64,000 nt of DNA. Source: Chlorokybus atmophyticus (Eukaryota > Plantae > Mesostigma and Chlorokybus algae). Of this stretch, positions 16,808 to 30,100 are shown one piece after another. The stretch is from positions 1 to 64,000 of the forward strand of contig RHPI01003020.1 of NCBI GenBank assembly GCA_009103225.1. The letters are read 5' to 3'. Every line of letters begins with the position of its first letter. Position 1 is the stretch's first letter. The notes beneath the pieces are model-generated. The model searched no databases. It was not told the DNA's origin and worked only from the letters and a program-made list of their open reading frames with translations. A program made the translations under genes and the position numbers.

Positions 16808-18650
16808 TTGCTCGTGGAAGAGCAACAACGCAAGTTGGATGCTATCGAGGCGGCAAGGACTGCTCGCAACGATAACCAGCGTGATTATGCCAAGCGCCGC
16901 CGTGAGGAGGAAGTACCAGATCAACCAGTTGAAGGAAGAGTGTGGTTTGACGAGGACGCGTTTGAGCGCTTCTGGTGTGTTCCTTCATGCGCTAACTTGT
17001 GGGAAGACCTGAGGATGGGAAGGCGACAACCTGGTTCTTCACAAGGTTTGTGAATGGTGATGCTAGAGCTGCGAAATTTACTGCATGCTTGGCTGCACAT
17101 GGTGTTGAATGTCTTGTGTGTGCAGGAGGATGACCCATTGCAAGGCTTGGCTGCAGTTGGACATAACAAATAGATAGCAGATGCTGATACTTTGTCCACT
17201 TTTTGCGAATGTTGACTGTGGCTTGTTTGGGGGGTGCTGACTTTAGACAGCACAGATTAACAAAGATATTGAGCAGTTAGAATCGAATGATGAAGATCTT
17301 GAGAACCGGGAGAACATCCATCTTGACTCTTCTCAGCTGCGCAAGAGGCAGATTCAGCACCAGGCTATTGTGCAACAGCATGTGCTCAGCCTGCGCATAC
17401 ATTGCACAACGCGTCACACGCAAACACGCGCGTAGACTGCGATGGCAAAGATGTAAGGATGGGGGGCACGATGTCGAGGATGCACAAGGCTACAAGGACT
17501 ATGCTACGGACGCCAAAGACGCCTTGGCACATTGCCAGGTGGGTGGGTGGGAAGTTGAGCAAAGGTTGCTGTCGGAACAGCTGTGATTGTAGTTGGTGGT
17601 AGCATCCATAAGCGTGAATAAGCGGACCTCTTGCATGACATTGAGTGTATGTACATATCAATAATGTATTCGTGACGCTCATGTCAAGTGTGATAATCAG
17701 GCGTTAATAGCCGTTGTGTTGTGTGTGCAGCCACCTCGGGGACTGCTGCCGTGCATGCAGACTCTGCGTACAGGCAGAACCATGTGTTCAGCCAGTAAGA
17801 GGTACTTTCATGCTGTAGCGATGACGTACGCTGCAGTCAGAGCTATGTTTACCATTTGTACATTGCTGCTGTGGTATAGTGTATGGTGGGACTTGCGCAT
17901 GACACTGCTTTGTATTGTGCATGATTATGGTGCTGAATTTATCAATGATCGTAATCAAGTTGAGACAGACAACTCGTAGTGTATGCATGCATTATGTAGT
18001 CTATGCTGGTTGCATATGAGTGCGCAAGTCTAGGTGCATAGTCATGGTTGCTTATGCTATGTGACAGGCTTGAGATGCGGTCAAGCATCTGATGTTGAAG
18101 TTTGTGCTCGGTGTCTCAGGCGTGAAGTGCAAAGGCTGACCGAGCAACATAATACCATCAGCAAGGAGAGAGAAGTTCTACGTGTGCAGTTGACTGGCTT
18201 GCAAGCATCTATGAGTGATAAGGAGCGGGAGACAAGCACAGACGACTCCACAGAGCTACGGGATGCCAAGGAGGAGGTTAACATGCTGCACACAAGATGT
18301 GAAGTGAGTATCACTGGTGCTGTGTCCAACCACATGTCAAGCTTTATTTGCCTATAATAGCACTCACTTGAGGGCGTGCCTTGGCAGGATGCCAAGCAGC
18401 AGAGTCGTCGCCAGGCTGCTGAAGAAAAGCAAAAATGCAAGGCTGCGAAAGTAGTATGAAAGGAACTGGAGAGAATGAGTTGGATGAGATGCAGCAGCAC
18501 GCTGAGGTTAGAGTTGTGCCTGGTTGTCAACTCACCTGGTGCACAGCGGTGCATGCTCAACTCGAAGAAGTGGCTGGTGCAGGTGTTGGAGATCAGGCTG
18601 CGCAAGGAGACAGATGCAGGGTGAGGGGAGAGGCGCCGTTAGGTCAGGGC
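16808..18650 (+). pseudogene. Fragmented multi-exon coding remnant with coiled-coil segments, product unknown (possibly TE-derived)
   Basis: Protein-like exon pieces (EEQQRKLDAIEAARTARNDNQRDYAKRRREEE; LRREVQRLTEQHNTISKEREVLRVQLTGLQ; DAKQQSRRQAAEEKQK) interrupted by stops. No continuous model could be built. Confidence 0.35.
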
Positions 18651-18765
18651 TAAAAGGGACCTGAAAGGTTACGTTTTTAAGTTGGTCGAGTTGGAAGATA
18701 TCAATGCTGGCCTGCGAGAGATAGTGCGCACTAGTCCATCAATGCGGCAAACAACACACGATGCC

Positions 18766-19190
18766 TATTGAGGATATTCCTACATCAGCCGGTCAGCTTG
18801 CCCTCTGCATAGGAATAACCGCTATAAGGTTCCAGGTGACTCAAGTTAAGAGGTCCAGACGCGACAAGGTTCCAGGCGCGTCGGCGAGTCCGGAGTCTTT
18901 AAACTTCCAGACGCTGTAGTATAATGATTGGATCTTGATGGTTATTTAACTATTTGGCGTGTGCCATATCTTGTTTAAAGGCTCTTGAACTTGACTACCT
19001 GGAGCAACTTAGAGCGCAAGCTATGGTTGAGTGTGCTAGATGCAATAGCTTATAGAGTAGAAGCTATGCGTAGCTGGCGGGTATAAAACCCGTGGACATG
19101 ATGGCAATAAATGGTCTTGTATGGTCTCTTGACGCTGGTGTTGTGGCGTGCACTTGTGCATATGTATGCTTGTTATTGGCCATCTCAACA
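18766..19190 (+). mobile_element. Solo LTR (Copia-type)
   Basis: T(A)TTGAGG...CTCAACA termini, TSD ATGCC on both sides (18761-18765 / 19191-19195). Similar to the reverse complement of 47160-47628 and to the start of the 42204 LTR (CCGGTCAGCTTGCCC). Confidence 0.85.
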
Positions 19191-19387
19191 ATGCCTGTGT
19201 AGGGGAAGAGGTGCGGCAGCTATTTGAAGAAGACTTGAACAGGGTGGCCAGAGACGATTGCGTGGAGCCCCTGGCGTGTGCAGTGCGTGAGATTGCGTAG
19301 CAGCTCTTGCTCAGAGATGCCGTTGTCTTCCAAATTGCTGTTGTAGCCAAGTACAACATCGTGCCGGCACGCTATTATATTGAAGCT

Positions 19388-22300
19388 AGATCCCAGCTCC
19401 CCCCCTCCGCCCTCCCTCTCTTCCGCGCCCCCTCCGCCTCCCCCCGCACCCGCCCTTCGCCCTCCTCCCGCTGCTGGCCCTGCCCCACCGCATAGCGGCG
19501 CCTTCGGCCCCGCCCCAGCAGGCCGCAAAGCTCGTGCACGCAAGCATGCCTCTGCTCCTCACCTGGGCCAACGCACCTTGGCCGACTTTATGCCCGCCTC
19601 CTCCTCCCAAAGCTGGTTCTTTTATGGTTGAGGAGGAAGAGCGAGCTGCCTCGCCCCCTCGCTCGGAGATCGTCGCCCCCCCGGTGCTGCAGCTCGAGGA
19701 AGTCCCAGCGGCCTCTCTCCAGCCATGGCTGAGCGTGTGCTTGCAGGCCGAGGATCTGCCCCCTCCCCCAGCACCGCCCTCTGCTCTCTACATTGCGCCG
19801 TGCGTGCTCTCTCCCGCCTGCCCTGATTCGGGGGCGTTGGAAGCCTCCATCCTTTGCACGGATGTCGGCAAATCTTCCGGCCTGCTCTTCATGAGAGCTC
19901 AGCCCCCTCTCCCTCTCTCCGCTCTCCCCCCTCGCGGCTTCCTTTGCTCGGAAGTCCGCCGCTCTTTGGAGAGGGTTAAGTTTCATCTCGACCCTGCCAC
20001 GGAGGACCTGGCAGTTGACTGGAGCCTAAGTGAGGCGCTGTTGGCCATGGAAGACACGGGCTCCGTGCTTTTGCTGGTGCCAGTCGCGCCCCAGCCTCAT
20101 CGCCTCGCGCCCCCATCCCTTCCCACCAGCAATGGCATACCCTTTCTCACTGGAACTCCGCCCTCCTCTCACACCGTAAGCCGTCTTCTCTCTCCTCTGA
20201 GATTGCTGCGGTTGTGGATCGCTGGCGGCAGGCTCATCTCAGCCTGTCGACGCCCGCCCATGATGTGACCCCCCCCTCTTCAGAGGCAGACACCCATCGC
20301 GCAGGCCCCAAGTCGGTTGTGAAGCGCCTCTTCTCCCCCCCGCCTGCCACCTCCGCGTTGCCGGCGTCACCAGCTCCGACACACACTCGGGTGCGCCTTC
20401 TCTCACCATTCCGCCCTCCCCCGGACACCCCGGTGGCGATGGCAGTAGTTCTTCGCTGCTCGCGTGCGACGTGGTGGCTGGGTGTTCGGCGTCTCCCCTC
20501 TCCTCAGGACGGCCCGCCCTTTTCCCTTCCCTCCATCGTCCCCTCTCCCTCCCCGGCGGAGGAGGAAGGGGCTCTCCTTCACGCTGCAGCCGCCCTGCTC
20601 GGTGTGTGTGGAGACGCGCAGTGGCGTTACTGGCCGGAAGCCTGACACACTCTTCCAACCAGCTCCCCTGGCTCCTTGCTTGTCTGGACGGTCCGCCTCC
20701 CTGGCGACCCGGACGATGCCATGGTGAATGTCTCGGGCAGCCAGCCCGCGCTTTGGTTGGACGTGGCCAAGCTTGAAGGCGTGCGGGGGGGTGCAGCCTC
20801 GCTGCTCGACGACAGGTCCTTGGCTGGCCTTCGCCTTCTTCGCACCTCTCCCTCCCCTCTCCCCGCACTCATGCCAGACTCGAACAGCTCTTTAAGGGAC
20901 GTGCTGTACGACACGGCGGCACCTCGGGGGTTCTTTGACATTGCTGCCCTGCTCGGCCTGCCTACGGATGACTGACTGCCTGCTAGACCCCTTGTCTATT
21001 TTGACCTGGAATGTCCGCGGCCTCAATGCCTCATCCTCCTCTCCCGGAGCCAACAAGCGCTCACGCTTGCTCACGCGCTGGCGTGACTGGTGCCTCCCCC
21101 GCAATTCAGTTCTATTCTTGCAAGAAACAAAACTCTCCCCCTCCTCCATGTGGCTTCGCCGTTTCTGGGGTGGGGGGTCCGTCTGGTCTCACGCCGACGG
21201 CACCCGTGGCGGGGTGGCCATTCTCTTCCCTCTTCTTTGGTCCAAGTACGTTGTCGACCAGGGCGAGGCTGTTCCCTCTAGATGCTGCTCGTTACGCATC
21301 CGTTGGGGAGAGGGCCTGTTGTTGCTTGTGTGCGTGTACGCCCCCACGGAGCGCACATAGAGGGCTAGCTTCTTCACCTCTCTCCCGTGCCTCCTCCCCG
21401 CAGCTGACTGGGCGCTGCTCGGGGGGGATTGGAACGCGGTTGACGACCCCTCCCTCGACAGGTCCCCCCCCTCTTCCTCCTCTCATGAGTCTCCGGCTCT
21501 GCTGCAGCTTTGTGAGGAGCTGCAGGTGGAGGACGTTCACCGCACCCTCCACCCCAACGAGCTCTCGTTCTCTTGGGATAACGCGCACCTTGGCCCCTCT
21601 CATCGGGCTGGCCGACTCGACAGATTTTACCTCAGCCTGGATTTCCGCACATGGGTGGACGACAGCTCCGTGATCAACACGGAAGTCCTCTCCGATCACC
21701 GGCCTGTCCATATCCAATTGGCGCTGCCGGGCTCTTTCTCTCCTCTCCTTGGGCTGTGGAAATGCAGCCCCTCCCTCCTCACTGACCCTTTGTTCTTCGC
21801 CGCCGCTGAACAGCTCTGGGTCTCTCGCACACCCCCCTTCCCGGTCCCTCCTTCTCATGTCGTGAGCTGGTTCGAGCAGGGGCTGGAGGCTTTGACTGTT
21901 CTTGCCAAACAGCATGATCGCCGACGGCGCCATGCCAAGGCCCAGCATCAGCGTCGCCTCCGCGTCGATCTCTCTTCTGCTCGCGAGCAGCTTGATGCTG
22001 CTCCGCAAGACATGCTCATGCACGCAGAGCTGGTCCGCCTTCAGTCCGACCTGACTGCCGCGGAAGAAGATGAGGACACGGCGAGGGGGATAAGGGCTCA
22101 CTCTCGCTGGAGGCTCCAGGGGGAGCGCATGACTTCCTATTTCTTCTCTAAAGCAAAGGCCCCTCAGCACTCCTCGGCTATCCGTTCTCTCTCTCACTCC
22201 ACCACCCGTCACTCTCCTCCATTGACCTCTCAACGGCAGATTGTGGAGGCCTGCGAGAGTTTCTACCGTGACCTCTTCACCTCCTCCCCTGTCTTTCAAC

Positions 22301-25300
22301 CGGCGAAGCAGGCTGCTATGCACGCTTGCTGGTCGGTGATGGAACGCACTCTCACGCCTGAGATGGCTGAGCAGCTGGACTCCTCTCTCCTTTTGGAGGA
22401 CCTGTGGCGGGCACTGTCTAGCATGGAGCCCCACCGCTGCCCGGGACGGGATGGGCTCACGGCGGCCTTCTGGAGGAAGATGTGGCCGGTCTTGGGAGAG
22501 GGCTACTTCCGCTACTATCTACAGGTCTTGGCCCGCGGCAGTTTGGGGGCCTCGCAAAAGGTGGGGGTGGTTTCTCTCATACACAAAAAGGGTGAACTAG
22601 GTGATCGGAATTGGAGACCAATCACCCTCCTGCCGCTGCACTACAAGATCTTGGCTAAAGCGGTAGCCTCTCGACTGGCGCCTCTTCTCCCTCTGTGATT
22701 AGCCCGGAACAGGCTGGTTTTGTCCGGCACCGGTTCATTCTGGACAACGTGCTCTCCGCCCTAGATCTCCTCGACCTGGGCAAGGAGTCCGCCTCCTCCT
22801 ACGCTCTCCTTATGCTGGATTTTGAGAAAGGTTTTGACAGGTTGGACTGGAGCTTCATTGATGGAGCCCTCTCGGCGCAAGGTTTCGGCCCCTCTTTCCG
22901 TTTCTGGGTATGCGGTGGAGGCAGCAGTCAGGTGCTGATAAATGGTGAGCTCTCAGCAGAATTTGAGCTGCAACGCGGCAGCGTCCGTCAAGGCTGCCCA
23001 CTGGCCCCGTCCCTCTTCATCCTAGCCTCGGAGGCTCTGGGTGCACTCTTGCGAGCGAACCCCCTGCTACGCGATTTCCCCCTGCCTTCAATCCGCATGG
23101 GCTCCTCGGAGACTAAGGCTCACGGCGAGGAGGACGCTGAGGACATCCGTCACTTCAAGTATGCGGACGACTTTACCATTGTTTTGAAGCTGACGGCGGA
23201 GGCCCGAGCGGCCTTTTCCTCCACCATTGATATCCATTGCCTTGCGTCTGATGCACTGCTTGGTTGGCAGAAGACGTGTGGCATTCTCTTTGGCGCCCCC
23301 CCTCCTTTCTCGGTGGCTGACTGGGAGATCCGTTGGCTTGCCCTAGGAGAGGCAGTGAAGCTCCTTGGCGTTCCAATGGGCTTGTCTCTTCAACAAGACC
23401 AGCTCTTCGCGGACACCATTCGAAAGATTCAATCCAGGTTGGACGTGTGGTCACGGCAAGGGCTCTCCCTGCTCGGTCGTGCACTTGTTGCCAATAGCTC
23501 CGTCTTGGCTTGCTTGTGGTACCTGGCGGCCATATGCTCCCCCTCTCGCTCCTCTCTCTCCTCCCTTCGAGCGTCTTGTCAGTCTTTGTTGTGGGGTCGC
23601 GGGCAACAAGGCTCCCCGGCAAAAGGTGCGTTGGGAGGTCCTTCGCCTTCCAAAGGATATGGGGGGCCTCGGTGTGTTGGACCCCGAGCTGCAAACTCAA
23701 GCCTTGCTTGCCAAATGGGCTATACGAGTTCTCGACCCTACGTGGGCCCCGTGGAAAGCCCTTGCTTTCGCACAGCTCCAGCGCTGGAGCACTGAGCCCT
23801 CTTCGGGGGTGCAATGGGTGCTCCCGACCTGCACTCTGCCGTCCTCGGGGCTCCCCCACTCCCACCTCCCCCGCCACTGGCAGTCTATTGTCAAGGCCTG
23901 GCTCGGGGTTCGACCTCTGTCTCCTCCCTCCATCTCCTCCTACGAAGAGGTCTTGCGTCAGCCACTTTTTTATGATGCAGATCTGGTTGACGAGAGCAGT
24001 CGTCCTTTGGGCGCTCGCCTTAGTCGGGCTCGCTGGCGAGAGTGGGCGGCCGCGGGGTTCTACCGTGTCGTGGACCTGTGGGATGAGATCTTTGGCTCTC
24101 CCTACCCGGCCTCCGTCCTTGCTCACTACGCCCCCACACGCATAGCTGAGTGCCTCGCGGAGCTGTGGTCGTGTATCCCCCCCGTGTGGCGCTCTCTTCT
24201 CGATGCAGGCCCCTCCACCCCCGTCGCGGAGAAGTGGTGGGCGACGCTCTGGCCTGACGGCACGCTCAAAGCGGTTGTGTACCTCTCGTCTGTCTCTCCC
24301 CCTGCCTGTGTGGGTGTTGCTTTCACTCTTGGAGGGCCAGAAGGCAACTCCCTGTCAGCCCCAGTGGTGGACGTCCGCCTTCCCTCCAGCCAGCTGCGTA
24401 GGGTTCGTGTTCTTCCTCCCCCACTTCGCTGGAGGCAGCGTCCGGCAGTGGGCTCGTCAGCATGGAGGGACCTCTCCCCCCACTCCCGCTACTTGGGTTG
24501 GTACCTGGCAGGGGGGGCCCTTCTCTCAGACCTTCACGCTGACCCCGCCCTGACTGTGTGGGATCCCTCGCTCCCCCCCGCTCACTCCACCGCCTTCTCC
24601 TTGTGGGACTATTCCCCCCCAAGCTTGGATACCGCACCCTCTGCTATAGGCGCTCTTGCGCCCCTGTCCCCGCCACCTCTCGTTGGTCTCTGCTCTCCCC
24701 TGTGATCCCGTGGAAACAGGTGTGGCTTTACATTCACCGGCTACCCTTGTCTGGGAAAGTATGCTCGCTGTTGTGGTTGCTCTCCCACAAGGCCTTGTTC
24801 ACTGGGGATCGCCTCCGTCACATGGGCTTCCCGGCTGCCTGTCTTTCGTGCCTCCAGGAGGTGGAGGACCCGTTGCATCTTTTTGTTCTCTGCCCCGTGG
24901 CCGAGGCGACGTGGTGCTGGCTGCGGGCCCTTTTCAGTCGTATGGGGTGGGTGGGGGTGGACTGCTCCCCTCTCTCTCTCCTCTTCGGTTTGGGCGACCA
25001 GCCTTCTCCCTCTCCACTCACCTCCCTCTGGCGCATTTTGCGTCTGCTTGCTCTTTGGCAACTGTGGGCGGCCCGTTGCCGTGTTCGGTATGATGCAGCC
25101 CCTCCTTCTCCGCTTCACGTTGTCGCTCGGCTGTCGACCAATATGCACAGGCATATGCGGGACGCCTGGCTAGAGGTGTGCACGACACCCTTGAAGGAGG
25201 ACGCCCGCCAGCAGGCCTTTTCCTCCTTCTCGTCCTCTTGGGGGGCGGGCTCCGTCTTGTGCACGTGTGTGTGGGCCCTCCCTTCACCACACCTCATCTC

Positions 25301-25590
25301 TCATTACCCCTTTCACTCATCGGCTTCTCCCTCTTCCCCTGCCTCACTCTGACTTCCGCACTCCCTTTCCCTCTCTCGTTTTTCTTCTCCCTGCTGACAC
25401 TTGCTCTTCTCCCTGCTCTCTCACCTGTCTCCCTCGCTGTAGCTTAGCTCTCTCTACTCTTTAGCTGTCCTGCTTGTTTTGACTAGCTCTCTAGTACTTA
25501 GTTTTCATTCGTAAGTGCTGGCTTGTATGCATGAACATCTCTTCTTTAATACAACTTTCCCCTGAGAGGGTTTTAAAAATAAAAATTAAA
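19388..25590 (+). mobile_element. L1/Tx1-type LINE, near full length but degenerate
   Basis: Pro-rich ORF1 region followed by ORF2 with APE, RT and C-terminal Zn finger; pyrimidine-rich 3' UTR and A-rich tail at about 25575-25590. The 5' boundary is approximate and no convincing TSD was found. Confidence 0.85.
20968..25352 (+). pseudogene. LINE ORF2 (APE endonuclease - reverse transcriptase - zf-RVT) with a stop and frameshifts
   Basis: ILTWNVRGLN, FLQETK, RLDRFY, LSDHRPV (APE); RNWRPITLL, QAGFV, LDFEKGFD, RQGCPLAP, YADDF (RT); CLSCLQEVEDPLHLFVLC (zf-RVT). Stop at 21358-21360, frameshifts near 22695, 23600 and 24680. The ATG at 20968 overlaps the ORF1 stop (20973-20975). Confidence 0.9.
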
Positions 25591-25704
25591 GCTGTCCATC
25601 AGCGCTTGCCTTGAGCAGTGGTTGTCATAACTGCGGACAGGCAGCAAGGCACACTGTTGATTAGTGCGTAGGCTGACCCTCTATCGTGCCTCCTTCGGCA
25701 TGGC

Positions 25705-26290
25705 ATGAGGGTGACTGAAGTACTGGTAAGTGCACAACCCGCACGGGGTGGACCAAGTGCTGCAGATGGTGACGAACTGCCTAATGGTGTGCTGCGTACG
25801 CTCAACAAATTGATGGAAACTGAGAGGCAACGGCAAGTTAAATGCAACAAGTCAAACCCAAACCTCAATGCTGTGGATTGCACTGCGGAGTGGGATGCCT
25901 CTGCACTGCTGCGCCAAGTGTTTGGGGCATTGACAGGGACGTTGCCATGGAAGGAGTGAAGACACCAGGGCCTCGTCATGCACAGGCTATGACAATACTA
26001 CGCAACAGAACGTTGTTCCTCATGCACTCTGCTTTATATGCGCGGAGCAAGTTCACTTAATTTTTACTGCACTTGGTGGTTACCAACGAGGTGAACATGC
26101 AGTTAAATGGCAACAAATTGATTCAAACTCTGAATCGCCTTGGAGTTTCAGTGAGTTGCGATTATATTGACCGGCACATTCACACTCGGGCGCTGCATAG
26201 CATCAACTCCTTGAGTAGGATATGTCCAAGGCCTGGTATGCATGACCTGGCATCTATCGACAACCTGGACATAAAGGCGGGGCACTAGGC
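25705..26290 (+). pseudogene. Degenerate fragment of an uncharacterised, possibly transposase-like protein
   Basis: Segments ...LFLMHSALYARSKF..., LIQTLNRLGVSVSCD...ASIDNLD recall an LxRLGxSxSYD...DNxD motif from uncharacterised TE-like proteins (recollection, unverified). Confidence 0.3.
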
Positions 26291-29200
26291 ATGTTACAAG
26301 GGCAGGCATAGAGGAGACATCCACGCAACCTCAACTTAAGTCAAATGTAGGGCGGGCTCCGCGGTTGCCATTGACGCTGCAGGTGAGATTGGAACCAAAT
26401 AATGAGTAACGCCGTACTTGTAATACGTTGTGGTAGACCTTGTGCTGATATAATGTGACTATTCGTGGCAACCATCCCGGAACAGAACTCTGGCAGAGTC
26501 CATGCGCTAAACCCATGCCACCACGAGATGCACTGCCCCGTGCATTAATTGTGCTGCAAAGCGCTCCCATACTCTGTTGACAATCAGAGCTAAGCAGTGT
26601 TGAATGTGTTACAACAATAAACCTATCTCACACACATGAGCATGCACAGCAGCAGCCTGCACACTTGAGGTATGCAATATGGATTATTAACTCTAGCTCA
26701 GCACACACAATATATAGTCCTAGCCACTTATCTAGCCAAATGTACACAAGAGTTCCTATTGGTTATGCTAGCTATTACAGCATGTGCCAGCATATCAAAG
26801 GACTGTCCTTTCTGGAGCCTTTTAGCGCCGCCAGAGGTCTGCTTCAGATATCAATGCCACAACTTCAATATCTTCCATTGACACTCGAGGACTGTTAATG
26901 TAGGGGCTGTCAATGTAGGCGACTGTCAATGCAAAGGGGCTGTCCAAGCTGACTGTAGCTGGTGACATTAGGGGCTGTCCTCCAACACTCCTATGCAGGC
27001 AGCTTGACAGTCTTCATGCTTGGGCTTCCACTGGATGCCAAGCATTATGCAGCAGCCCTTGAACTTGGATGGCGGAAGTGCCTTAGTCATGCAGTCCGCC
27101 AACATCTCCTCGGTGTTACAGTAAATGAACTCCACCACCTCTTGCCGTGTAGCGCGCTCACGCACAAAGTGATGCATAACATTAATGTGCTTCGAGCAAG
27201 AAGATGCGATGGGATGTTTCAGCAATCTGATTGCTCCTAATTGGCACACACACACAGTTGATGATGACCGTAGATGCCTTGTAGCCCAGGTCTGCTACAA
27301 GCTAGCGAAGCCACGGTCCTTCCTTTACAGCCTGTGATGCACCGATGTACTCCGCTTCGGCTGTTGATGCCGTCACAGTGGGTTGTAGCCTACTGCTCCA
27401 GCACACAACTCCACCATTCACAAGGAGAGCATAGCTTGTAGTTGACATCCTTGTGTTAAAATCTCTAGCGTAGTCAGCATCGCAGTAGCCATGCAATGCA
27501 GTGTTTCCTCCTCCATATGTGATGCCGATAGCCGGTGTGCCAGCAACATAGCGAAGAACGCCCTTGGTTGTTTTCAATGCTCCATGGTTGATGCCGACAT
27601 GTGCCGTGCCAGAACTCCAACAGCAAATGCATTGTCCGGCCTAGTGCTAAGTGATAAGTATAGCAAACTCCCTACCGGCTCTTCATATGGGTAGGTGGCT
27701 TTGTCTGACAATCCCTCTCCGTCGATAGCCCTGCTCATCCGTGCTCCAACATCCAGGAACTAGGAACTGACTTATACTTGGCCTCCTGTAGCCTCGACTT
27801 GTCCGCCAACTTCAACACCATCTGCTCCTGACTGATGTTAACAGTTTTGCGCTCCCTGTCTCTTGAGATTACCATGCCAAGAAAGTGATTGGCCTCTCCC
27901 AGATCTCTAGTGCTGAAGGTCTTCACGAGCGCCACCTAAACGTTGCTCACCTCCTTCATTTTCCTTGCAGCTATGAAAATATCATCCACGCATACAATAA
28001 GTCAGACCTCCTTATTCGGGTGGATGAACAGTCCTAGGTCGGCTTCGGATGCGGTAACATCAAACCTCTCAAGCTCCTTACTCAGACGAATATGCCACAC
28101 GCTGAGTGCTTACTTCAAGCTGTAGAGTGCCTTCACCAACGTGCAAGCAGTCTCCAGTCCTCCCTCTTAATAACCCTTGGGTGCTGGATGTACATCTCCT
28201 CCTCAAGTTCGCCATAAAGGAAGGCTGTCTTCATTCAAGTGATGCAACTCCAAGTCCTCAGCTATAATGAGAGCAAGCATTTTGCGGAAGGTCACATGTT
28301 TACTAGCAGATGCGAAGACCTCGTTGAAGTCAATGCCTTCTTATTGCAGGAAGCCCTTCGCCACCAGCCTGGTCTTGAACCTCTCGCTGTTGCCGTTGCC
28401 ATCTCACTTGATCTTTTATACCCACTTAATTGGGATAGGCTTAACTTCAGGAGGTACCTTCTCCAACGTCCAGGTACAGTTGGCATGCAGTGATGCCATC
28501 TCCTTTGCTTGTTTCCACATCATTGCTTCAAAGCCTTTGAGCGCCTCTTTATATGTGGTGGGTTCGACAGTCCCTCCCACGTTGGCACTTGCGACCGTTG
28601 CGACCATAGCCTTGCAGAAACCTTGTGGGTGATGTCTCCATCTCATATCGTAGGCCCCTTGCTCCTCATGATGCTGGTCATTGTTGGTGATGTTGGTTTT
28701 GCTGCTGTCTGCTGATGATGAGTTAGGTTCAACTGCATGTTGATAGTTTGGAAGGTTGACAGCCTGCAGGGACTGTCGGTTGGGACTGTCAATAGCCGTG
28801 GCAGGGGTTGTCAATGAAGAATCTTGATAGTCTCCTTCTTCAGCTAGTCGTGTTTCAGCGTCTTCCTTGCAGCTAAGCACGGTGTTTTTAGCAACAGGTG
28901 TAGTGCCTCCCTAAGCAAAAGCAACATCACGACTAATTACAATCTTGCCAGTGTCTTGCACTAGCACGCAAAAGACTCTGCTATTGGCTTCAAAGCCAAC
29001 AAATACTCCTTTATTGCTGGCAGGTTCCAGCTTTCTCAGCTGCTTTGGGACGTGTACATAGGCCGGCCAGCCCTAACCTTCAACATGAACACCTCCGGAT
29101 GTCGACCTTAAAACAACTCCCACGGTGTCTTGGTCTCCAAGCGCACTGGTGATTGGTTGCGGACATAGTTGGCAATCAGCAATGCTTCTCTCCACCAATA

Positions 29201-30100
29201 ATATTTAAGTTGAGCTTCCACAAGTATGGCTCTCATTTTCTCTAAAAGTGTGCGATTGAGCCTCTCTGCAGCTCCGTTTTGTTAAGGTGTATATCGCGCG
29301 GTGGTTTCATAGGTGAAACCTATGTTTGCAAAGTATGCTTTAAGCTCGTTGTTGACATACACGCCTCCTCTGTCTGTGCGGACAGTGAATGCCTTGTGTC
29401 CAGAGTGCGCTTTCAGCATGGTGAGGACCTTTTTGACAGTTCCAGTAACTTCGGACTTCAGCTTAAAAGGCACACTGACGGATAGCTTGCTATAATTGTC
29501 AAGGAAAGTGCACAAGAAGAGGCTCCCCTCTCCCTTGGCAGCAACAGGCAAAGGATCGCAGACATCCATATGCACTAGTTCCCACACCCTCGTGTTGTTC
29601 ACATGTGTTGATTGTGGGAAGGGCTGTCGATGTTGCTGGCCAAGCATACATGATTCACAACACACCTTGCTGGGCACGGAACTCCTCCGCGATGTTGATT
29701 CCATTCACCATGTTCACCTTCACGAGGCTTGCAAAGTTGTCATAGCCCAAATGCGCAAAACGGCGATGCTATAGATGAGCTGTCTCTTCCTTGGCGCGTG
29801 CAGCAAATGCGCGGCTGTCAGTCTTCTCACTGAAAATCCCACCCTCCCTGATGTAGTAGAGGTCTTCTTTGAGCATGCTCTCCACCAAGGTGACGTCCTT
29901 CTTGACAACGTAGCCCTTCCCCTTCGAACACAACCTTTCCTCCACTCTTGGCAACATTTTTTACAGAGAACAGGCTAGTGCCAAGCCTTGGGACGTATTG
30001 AACATCCTTGAGAAGAATGCGTGTCATTGCTTTGCCAACCGTGCAATGCAGATGTACAGTCCCTTCGCCAATAGCCTATAGCAACTCCCGATTGCTAAAT

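Noticed and set aside
21292-22434. 380-aa minus-strand ORF
   Set aside because: Antisense shadow of LINE ORF2 with no recognisable motifs.
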